A stretch of DNA of 64,000 nucleotides from Trueperaceae bacterium (GTDB lineage Bacteria; Deinococcota; Deinococci; Deinococcales; Trueperaceae): contig CBDCDZ010000004.1 of the NCBI GenBank assembly GCA_965215565.1, forward strand, positions 1,088,001 to 1,152,000. The letters are read 5' to 3'. Position 1 is the stretch's first letter, and each line of letters begins with the position of its first letter. Positions 56,958 through 64,000 of this stretch are shown piece after piece. Below the pieces are notes generated by a model that saw only the letters and a program-made list of their open reading frames with translations, was not told the DNA's origin and made no database searches. The position numbers and the translations under genes were made by a program.

Positions 56958-57065
56958 AAAAGGCGTGAGAGAGGTCTGTAAAGAGAAGTTTGCAGGTGCG
57001 CGAGGTCCGCTGACCCGTACCCACAACCTTTGACTCAACCTCTCCGGGCACTGTTATATTGAGCT

Positions 57066-60000
57066 ATGGCGAACCCCTCAAAATCCGCTCCAACACAATT
57101 TGCCCACCTGCACCAGCACACCGCCTATAGCCTCTTAGACGGCGCAGCCCGCATCAAAGACCTGATGAAGTGGGTTGTAGAGGTCTCGCCCGAGAACCCG
57201 GTCTTGGCAATGACCGATCACGGCAACATGCACGGCGCGGTGGAGTTTTACAAGGCGGCGGAGAAAGAGGGCGTCAAGCCGATCTTAGGCTTCGAGGCGT
57301 ACGTGAGCGCGGGCTCGCGCTTCGAGAAGAAAAAGCCCTCGTCGAAGCTGGACGGTGGCTATTTTCACCTCACCCTGTTGGCAAAAAACTTCACGGGCTA
57401 CCAGAACCTCTGCAAGCTGAACTCGAGGGGGTGGTTGGAAGGTTTCTACATGAAACCCCGCGTGGACCACGAGCTTCTGCGCGAATACTCCGAGGGCGTC
57501 ATCGCTATGTCGGGCTGCTTGGGGGCGCAGATTCCTAGAAACCTCTTGGATTTAGGCGAAGCGGCAGGCGATGAGGTCTTGCAGAAGTATTTAGACATCT
57601 ACGGCGAGAACTTTTTTATCGAGTTGCAGAACCACGTGCCGGAAAAAGCCAGTGATATGGACGCTTCACTTCGCGACCTCGCCGAGCAGCAGACGCGCCT
57701 CAACCCGATGCTCAAAAGTTTGGCGGACAAGTACGGGCTGGGCATGGTGGCGACGAACGACGGGCACTACGTTAAGAAAGAGGACGCCAAAGCGCACGAG
57801 GCCCTCTTAGCCATTCAGACCAAAACGACGCTGTCCGATCCCGGACGCTTCAAGTTTCCCTGCGACGAGTTCTACGTCAAGACGCCCGAAGAGATGGCGA
57901 GGGCGATTCCTGAAGACGAGTATCCGAGCGCCTTGGCGAACAGCATGAGCGTCGCGGACCTTTGCGACGTGACGCTGCCCATCGGCTCCAAGCGCGTCTA
58001 CCAGATGCCCGAGCTGCCGATTCCGGCGGGGCGGACGCTCGCCGAGCAGCTCCGCGTACAGACGTATGAGGGTCTCATCGAGCGCTACGAAGAGGTTACC
58101 GAAGAGCTTTACCGCGATTACCTCGCATGTTCTGGCGAAAGCGTACCCAGTGAGGCGGAAGCGGTCTACCTCAAGCTGGCACAAGTCGGGGAAAGAGGTC
58201 GGACGCCCAAAGAAGAGGGGCAGAACTTCGACACGTTCGCGTATCCCTGTTTGAAAGCGTTTAGAGAACAGGGAACGGCGAGCGAAGAGGCGCTAGGGAT
58301 TCTCGAGCGGGCCGAATTCGAGTTAGGTGTGATTATCGCGATGGGCTTTCCAGATTACTTCCTCATCGTCGCGGACTTCATCAACTGGGCGAAGGACAAC
58401 GGCATTGCGGTGGGACCGGGGCGCGGCTCGGGCGCGGGCTCCATCGTCGCCTTTGCGACGCGCATCACCGACATCGACCCTTTAGAGTTCGACCTCTTGT
58501 TCGAGCGCTTTTTGAACCCCGACAGGGTCTCCATGCCCGACTTCGACGTGGACTTTTCCGACACGCGGCGCATGGAGGTGGTGGACTACGTGCGGCGCAA
58601 ATACGGCGAGGAGAAAGTGGCGCAGATTGCCACCTTTGGGACGATGGCGTCGAAAGCGGCGATTCGGGACGCGGCGCGAGTGTTAGAAGCACCTTACGCC
58701 GACGCCGACGCGGTCTCCAAACTCATCCCCGTCGTCTTCGGGCGCTCCACACCTATAGCGCGGGCGATGGATGAGGTCACCGAAATCAAGCAGCTTTATG
58801 ATGGCGGCGCAAAGGAGTTTGTAGACGTCGCGATGAGCTTGGAGGGTTTGACGCGCCACGCCTCGGTGCACGCGGCGGGCGTCATCATCGCCCGCGAGCC
58901 CGTCCAAGAACTCGCGCCCGTGTTTCGTAGCGGCGACGGTCCCATCGTCTGCCAGTACGACATGGGCTCGGTGGAGGACTTGGGCTTCATCAAGATGGAT
59001 TTTCTGGGCTTGCGCACCCTCTCCTTTATCGAGGCGGCGATTCGCATCGTCAAGGAGTCGCGCGGCGTCGAACTCGACGTGGACGCCTTTCCCAAAGATG
59101 ACGAGAAGACGTTTGCGCTGCTCTCGAGGGGTGAAGCCGCCGGCGTCTTCCAGTTCGAGTCGCCCGGCATGGTCGATACGCTCAAGAAGCTCAAGCCGCG
59201 CCGCGTCCAAGACCTCATCGCGGTCTCGGCGCTCTACCGCCCCGGTCCGATGGAGAACATCCCCACCTACATCCGGCGGCACCACGGCGCGGACAACCCG
59301 GACTTTTCCGAGGACCCCTACACTGACTTCCCCGAGTCGCGGCAGTATTTGGAGTCCATCTTAGAGGAGACCTACGGCATCCCTGTTTACCAAGAACAGA
59401 TTATGCAGATTGCGCAGGCAGTCGCGGGCTACTCCCTGGGCGAAGCCGACCTCTTGCGCAGGGCGATGGGCAAGAAAAAAGTCGAGGAGATGGTCAAGCA
59501 GCGCCAGATTTTTTTAGACGGGGCGAAAAAGAAAGGTATTTCTAAAGGCGAAGCAAGTCAAATCTTTGATTTGCTAGAGAAATTTGCCAATTACGGCTTT
59601 AACAAGTGCGTCGTAGGCGAGACGCTCATCCCGGACGCACAGACGGGGCAGCTTCACACAGCAGCCGACCTCTTCGTAAGACAGCATCACCCCGACGTGG
59701 TGAGCGTTCAAGAGGACTTCAGTTTGACGCAGAGCAAAACCGCACAGGTCATGCAAAACGGTGTCAAGCCCGTTTACACCCTCACCACCTCTTTGGGTAA
59801 AGAGATCACTGCGACGGGCAACCACCCCTTTAGAACGTTGGACGGTTGGACCAATTTAGAAGATTTGCGCCCCGGCGAGCACGTCGCGTCGCCCGCGCAC
59901 CTGCTTGTACAAGGACAAGAGGTCTGGGACGCGCACGAACTCATTACGCTGGGCTGGACGCTCGCGGAGGGCAATACCTGCCACCCGTGCGGCGTGTATC

Positions 60001-62192
60001 TCTACAGCAACAATGAGGTTGTAGTGGAGGACATGGTTAGGGCGGCGGCGCAGTTCGAGAACACCGCGCCTACCGTCAAGAAGCGTCTCGAACGAAACCA
60101 CACCTTCGACGTCTATTTGGGGACCGGCAAGCGCGGTTCAGCCAGCGGCGGACGTTCAGGAGCGCGGCTGTGGCTCGAGGCACTTGGCGTCGTTGGGCAA
60201 GGGGCAGCGGAAAAGCACTTCCCTAAAGAGGTCTTCCGCCTCACGAACGACAACTTAGCCCTCTTGCTCGGACGCTACTGGTCAGGGGACGGGTTCGTTT
60301 TTGGACAAGGCAACGCGACTCCTTACGCCGCGCCCTCTTCAAAAGAACTCGCCAAAGAGCTACAACACCTCCTGCTCCGCTTCGGCGTCGTCAGCCGTTT
60401 AGCGAAAAAGACGTTCGCGTATAAGGAGGGCCGAACGGGCTTCACCGTTCACGTGTTGGGACGGCGAAGTGTCGAGAGGTTTTTAGAACATATCGCGTCG
60501 CATATTGTTGGAAAAGACGAACAGCTCGCATGTCTGCGTGAGTATTTAGCGCACACCCCCGCCGAGCGCGAAAGCGTGGACACCCTGCCGCCCGAAGTCA
60601 AACGTTGGGTTAAAGAAGCGAAGGAGCAGAGCGGTCTGACCTGGCGCGAGATTGAAGCGCAGAGTGGCGTGTGCGTTAAAGAGCTATACGGCGATGCGAA
60701 GGCGCACAAGAAGGGCTTTCGGCGCAGCACGGTTCGTAAACTCGCCGAATTTTTCGGCTCTGAGAGGCTGCGCCAAGCGTGTAGCGAAGACCTCTTCTGG
60801 GAGCGCGTCGAACGTACCGAACCTGCGGGCGAAGTGATGACGTACGACTTAGAAGTCGAGCACACCCACAACTTCGTCGCCAACGACCTCTTAATGCACA
60901 ACTCGCACTCGGCTGCTTACGGCGCACTCTCCTACCAAACCGCCTACCTAAAAGCGCACTACCCGTTAGAATTCGTCGCCGCCCTCCTGACCGTCGAGCG
61001 CGGCAACTCGGACAAAGTCGCGGAGTACATCACCGACGCGCGCTATCTGGGGCTCGAGGTCTTGCCCCCCGACGTCAACGAGTCACGGAGCGACTTCACG
61101 CCCGTGGACGAGGTCATCCGCTTCGGGCTCTACGGCATCAAAAATGTGGGCGACGCCGCTGTCGAACACATCTTGGACGAGCGCGACAAGGGCGGGAAGT
61201 TTAGAGACCTCTACGACTTTTGCAAACGGGTGGACTCGTCGCTAGTGAATAAGCGGGCGCTCGAGCACCTGGTCAAAGCGGGCGCGTTCGACGAACTCGG
61301 CAGCCGGAGCGACCTCTTAGCGAACCTAGAGCCCGCCATGAAGTGGGGCGCGGCGCAGCGCGAGCAGGCGGCGGCGGGGCAGTTCGGGCTCTTCGGCGCG
61401 GAGGAGACGAAGCCGCCTGCGCCTAACAAGGTGGCGGAGCATTCGAAGCTAGAGCTGCTCCGCTTCGAGAAAGAAGCGCTAGGGCTCTACATCTCGGACC
61501 ACCCGATGAACTCCTACCCCGGTCTGACCGACGCCGCGAACTGCACGGTGGCCAAAATCGACGCCTGCTACAAAGAGCTGATGAAACACGCCAGGGGCGA
61601 CCCCCGCCAGCGCATCGCCCTCGCGGGCATTCTACAAAACGTCGTCAAAAAGCCCACCAAGAAGGGCACGATGATGGCGCGCTTCGAAATCGCCGACGAG
61701 ACGGGCAGCCGCGAAGTCGTCGCTTTTAGCCGCACGTACGAAGAGATCGCTGACAAGCTGGGGGAGGACGCGCCCGTGGTGCTCGTGGTGGAGGTCTCGC
61801 AAGACCGGGACGGGGAGTCTATTCGCATCGTCGCGGACAGGCTGATTCGCTGGGAGGAGCGCGGCGACTTGCCCGAAGTTGCGATTGCGAGTTTTGACCT
61901 CGGTGACGTAAATGAGGCGCTCCTTACGGACTTCCGCTCGCACGTAGACGAGTTCGCGGGCATCACCCCGCTGCGCCTCAAGGTCCGCTCGCCGCGCGGC
62001 GTGGCACTCTACGCCACCGAAAATATCAGCATCGACAAGGCGAAGCTCAAAGATTTAGAGCGCACCTGCCCCTGGCTCAAAACAGCGGTGACGATCAACC
62101 GCGAGAGCCTCTTGCGCGCGCCCGTGAACCGCTACGGAAAACCCAAACAAGATGACGGGGGCGGCTTTAAGTCGGTGGAGGTGCCCTTTTAA
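57066..62192 (+). CDS. dnaE: DNA polymerase III alpha subunit containing one intein
   Basis: HLHQHTAYSLLDG PHP, GPGRGSGAGS, FERFLNPDRVSMPDFDVDF, KMDFLGLRTL, FANYGFNK/SHS. Confidence 0.97.
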   Translation: MANPSKSAPTQFAHLHQHTAYSLLDGAARIKDLMKWVVEVSPENPVLAMTDHGNMHGAVEFYKAAEKEGVKPILGFEAYVSAGSRFEKKKPSSKLDGGYFHLTLLAKNFTGYQNLCKLNSRGWLEGFYMKPRVDHELLREYSEGVIAMSGCLGAQIPRNLLDLGEAAGDEVLQKYLDIYGENFFIELQNHVPEKASDMDASLRDLAEQQTRLNPMLKSLADKYGLGMVATNDGHYVKKEDAKAHEALLAIQTKTTLSDPGRFKFPCDEFYVKTPEEMARAIPEDEYPSALANSMSVADLCDVTLPIGSKRVYQMPELPIPAGRTLAEQLRVQTYEGLIERYEEVTEELYRDYLACSGESVPSEAEAVYLKLAQVGERGRTPKEEGQNFDTFAYPCLKAFREQGTASEEALGILERAEFELGVIIAMGFPDYFLIVADFINWAKDNGIAVGPGRGSGAGSIVAFATRITDIDPLEFDLLFERFLNPDRVSMPDFDVDFSDTRRMEVVDYVRRKYGEEKVAQIATFGTMASKAAIRDAARVLEAPYADADAVSKLIPVVFGRSTPIARAMDEVTEIKQLYDGGAKEFVDVAMSLEGLTRHASVHAAGVIIAREPVQELAPVFRSGDGPIVCQYDMGSVEDLGFIKMDFLGLRTLSFIEAAIRIVKESRGVELDVDAFPKDDEKTFALLSRGEAAGVFQFESPGMVDTLKKLKPRRVQDLIAVSALYRPGPMENIPTYIRRHHGADNPDFSEDPYTDFPESRQYLESILEETYGIPVYQEQIMQIAQAVAGYSLGEADLLRRAMGKKKVEEMVKQRQIFLDGAKKKGISKGEASQIFDLLEKFANYGFNKCVVGETLIPDAQTGQLHTAADLFVRQHHPDVVSVQEDFSLTQSKTAQVMQNGVKPVYTLTTSLGKEITATGNHPFRTLDGWTNLEDLRPGEHVASPAHLLVQGQEVWDAHELITLGWTLAEGNTCHPCGVYLYSNNEVVVEDMVRAAAQFENTAPTVKKRLERNHTFDVYLGTGKRGSASGGRSGARLWLEALGVVGQGAAEKHFPKEVFRLTNDNLALLLGRYWSGDGFVFGQGNATPYAAPSSKELAKELQHLLLRFGVVSRLAKKTFAYKEGRTGFTVHVLGRRSVERFLEHIASHIVGKDEQLACLREYLAHTPAERESVDTLPPEVKRWVKEAKEQSGLTWREIEAQSGVCVKELYGDAKAHKKGFRRSTVRKLAEFFGSERLRQACSEDLFWERVERTEPAGEVMTYDLEVEHTHNFVANDLLMHNSHSAAYGALSYQTAYLKAHYPLEFVAALLTVERGNSDKVAEYITDARYLGLEVLPPDVNESRSDFTPVDEVIRFGLYGIKNVGDAAVEHILDERDKGGKFRDLYDFCKRVDSSLVNKRALEHLVKAGAFDELGSRSDLLANLEPAMKWGAAQREQAAAGQFGLFGAEETKPPAPNKVAEHSKLELLRFEKEALGLYISDHPMNSYPGLTDAANCTVAKIDACYKELMKHARGDPRQRIALAGILQNVVKKPTKKGTMMARFEIADETGSREVVAFSRTYEEIADKLGEDAPVVLVVEVSQDRDGESIRIVADRLIRWEERGDLPEVAIASFDLGDVNEALLTDFRSHVDEFAGITPLRLKVRSPRGVALYATENISIDKAKLKDLERTCPWLKTAVTINRESLLRAPVNRYGKPKQDDGGGFKSVEVPF
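59607..60902 (+). mobile_element. Intein (432 aa) with LAGLIDADG-like endonuclease
   Basis: FNK|CVVGET...TGNHPF...YDLEVEHTHNFVANDLLMHN|SHS; LGWTLAEG and LGRYWSGDG motifs. Confidence 0.93.
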
Positions 62193-62263
62193 GGCTTGGA
62201 CCTCCGTCACCCGAAGTCCAACGCGAACGCCCTATCCTTTAACGTTTCGGGTTGAAATAACGC

Positions 62264-62288
62264 TATGAAGCGGCTGCGCCGCTTCATA
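62264..62288 (+). terminator. Hairpin after dnaE
   Basis: TATGAAGCGGC-TGC-GCCGCTTCATA. Confidence 0.65.
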
Positions 62289-62502
62289 AACTTAACGACT
62301 TTAACAGAAAGTTTAGATTCTCCATTATCTCATGTAATTTCATGAAGCGATTTGCTACCCTCTAGTCAACGTTGGCAACGTCGTAGCACAAGGAGAAACA
62401 TGGGCGCGTCTAAGCACCTGCAAGCAGGGCTGGGTGAGCCTGTGCCTCCTCACATCCGCTGCAGCGCCGTGAATTCAGAGTCTACTTGGGAGGGACGAAT
62501 CC

Positions 62503-63597
62503 ATGAAACGCACCTTGAGCAGCTTAACCATCCTCTTCGCGGGCTTCTTGTTAGCAGCCTGTAACACCACTGACCTCTACACCACGCCCGAGGGAACAGT
62601 TGCCATCACCCTCGGCTCGAACTTCAGCGCGAACGCCAGCACTGACCTCTTTGCGCAAGGCGTTCCCTACAATCCAGAAACGGGCGAGTCGGGCGTGACG
62701 AGCGGCGTTCTAAGGGTTTTTGCCGACGTACCGTCCTGCCGACTTGACGACATTCAAGACGCGGGTGACGAACTGTTCTTCACAGGGGACGGGAGTCTCA
62801 CCGACGAGAGCGACGCCGTTACGCAAACCCTTACGACGAACAGTCCTACAGCGACGCTTTTCTTGCCCCCAGGCACGTACACCTTTCTAGTCGAAGCGGA
62901 AGATGACCTCGCTGTCGGTACAGTCTGTGACGAAAACATCGCGAACGGCGCAGAGGTGCTTGTGCCCCTCATCAGCCGTATCGACGGCGCTAATCTCAAG
63001 CTGAGCGCACCCGGAGAGGTGGCCCCCAACGAAATTTTCGACGTGTTTGTGGAGGTCACGGCGCTGGGACGTCCCGACCTGCGTGTTCCAGCTTCGGACT
63101 ACGATGTCAGCTATGAAGTAGAGAGCGAAAGAGGCAACGCCGAAGTTATAGGCGAGAGCGACTTGGGCATCCGGCTCGCCGCAGAATGTGGGGAGATCGA
63201 GCTTATCGCCTACGTGAGTAGCAACATCTTTGACATTAGTAACGACTCCCCAGAAGTTGTTTCGACCACCATCGCGCTCAGCACGCCCTGCACGGATTCC
63301 ACCTCTGTCGGCGTGGACCTCGTACCACCTTTCGTGTCCTTCACCGCCGGGGAGCAAGACGACGTTCTCGTCATTAACGGCGAGGTCAGCGATATGCAGT
63401 CGGGCGTAGACCGCGTGGAGATTTACGAAGGCCCGGTTTTTCTGGGTGAGGCTTTTATCGAAACTGACGATACGCCCAACACCCTGTACTTTGAAGGTGG
63501 CGCTTTTCCAGACGACGACGCTCGACTCACCGCTCTTGCGTACGACAACGCCGGGAACGAAAGCCGCGCCGTAGTGGAGCTATCCGGAAACGAATAA
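62503..63597 (+). CDS. Acidic hypothetical lipoprotein, Ig-like C-terminus
   Basis: Lipobox LAAC; SGVDRVEIY...ALAYDNAGNES Big-like motif. Confidence 0.78.
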   Translation: MKRTLSSLTILFAGFLLAACNTTDLYTTPEGTVAITLGSNFSANASTDLFAQGVPYNPETGESGVTSGVLRVFADVPSCRLDDIQDAGDELFFTGDGSLTDESDAVTQTLTTNSPTATLFLPPGTYTFLVEAEDDLAVGTVCDENIANGAEVLVPLISRIDGANLKLSAPGEVAPNEIFDVFVEVTALGRPDLRVPASDYDVSYEVESERGNAEVIGESDLGIRLAAECGEIELIAYVSSNIFDISNDSPEVVSTTIALSTPCTDSTSVGVDLVPPFVSFTAGEQDDVLVINGEVSDMQSGVDRVEIYEGPVFLGEAFIETDDTPNTLYFEGGAFPDDDARLTALAYDNAGNESRAVVELSGNE

Positions 63598-63647
63598 TAT
63601 GGATTCTGTAATCAACCAGAACCCATATAGCAATTAACTAGCATTTC

Positions 63648-63677
63648 CACGAGAAGCTGCTACAGCAGCTTCTCGTG
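63648..63677 (+). terminator. Hairpin after lipoprotein gene
   Basis: CACGAGAAGCTGCT-AC-AGCAGCTTCTCGTG. Confidence 0.65.
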
Positions 63678-63816
63678 TGAGCGGATGCGAATAGAAACGA
63701 ACGCAACGGGTTGTGACGCAACAAGTCGTGGAACTGGTAAACATAAGTACTGAGCGTGAATCATGCAAGTATCAGCTTCACCTATGCTCAAAGGTTTTCA
63801 CAGGTGATCGCTGAAC

Positions 63817-63895
63817 AGGTGAAGGCTAAGAGCCTAGTGAGCTTTGCTCTAACCTGAGGTGAAGGCTAAGAGCCTAGTGAGCTTTGCTCTAACCT
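63817..63895 (+). repeat. Two exact 39-bp direct repeats (40-bp period)
   Basis: AGGTGAAGGCTAAGAGCCTAGTGAGCTTTGCTCTAACCT twice; inverted TTAGCCTTCACCT downstream. Confidence 0.85.
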
Positions 63896-63968
63896 ATGCG
63901 AACGGTTTTCAACCGTAACTGTGCCTTCACCTGCTTAGCCTTCACCTAACCGGTCGAAGACTCTTTGC

Positions 63969-63998
63969 TCGGGTCAATTCCTAAAGGAATTGACCCGA
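63969..63998. repeat. Perfect 14-bp inverted repeat at window edge
   Basis: TCGGGTCAATTCCT-AA-AGGAATTGACCCGA. Confidence 0.7.
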
Positions 63999-64000
63999 AA

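Noticed and set aside
63817..63895. Start of a CRISPR array at the right edge
   Set aside because: The two 39-bp units are separated by a single base, with no spacer.

Overview
GC-rich bacterial chromosomal segment, most likely Deinococcota (Truepera-like). This is an inference from the many leaderless genes with TANNNT 5-7 nt before the start, Thermus/Deinococcus-type pilins and an intein-bearing DnaE. The left half is mostly housekeeping and envelope genes: PfkB kinase, glycosyltransferases, gpmI, purB, rhodanese, AI-2E, ABC-F, peptide ABC transporter, large lipoproteins and an XPB-like helicase/DUF790 pair. 34-50 kb is an ADP-heptose/GT9 glycosylation cluster, followed by two type IV pilins. 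The most striking structure is 50.95-54.6 kb: five different type II toxin-antitoxin pairs plus a decayed sixth cassette, each separated by a copy of a ~95-bp repeat that packages a terminator hairpin, an extended -10 promoter and a leaderless start. It forms an integrase-free cassette array between a pilin gene and tRNA-Val/tRNA-Cys. Also present: a MITE family with TAGCAG...CTGCTA ends and 3-bp target duplications, a lone CI/Cro-like switch, dnaE with a 432-aa intein, and apparent over-representation of CTCGAG. All calls are by eye; no database searches were run.
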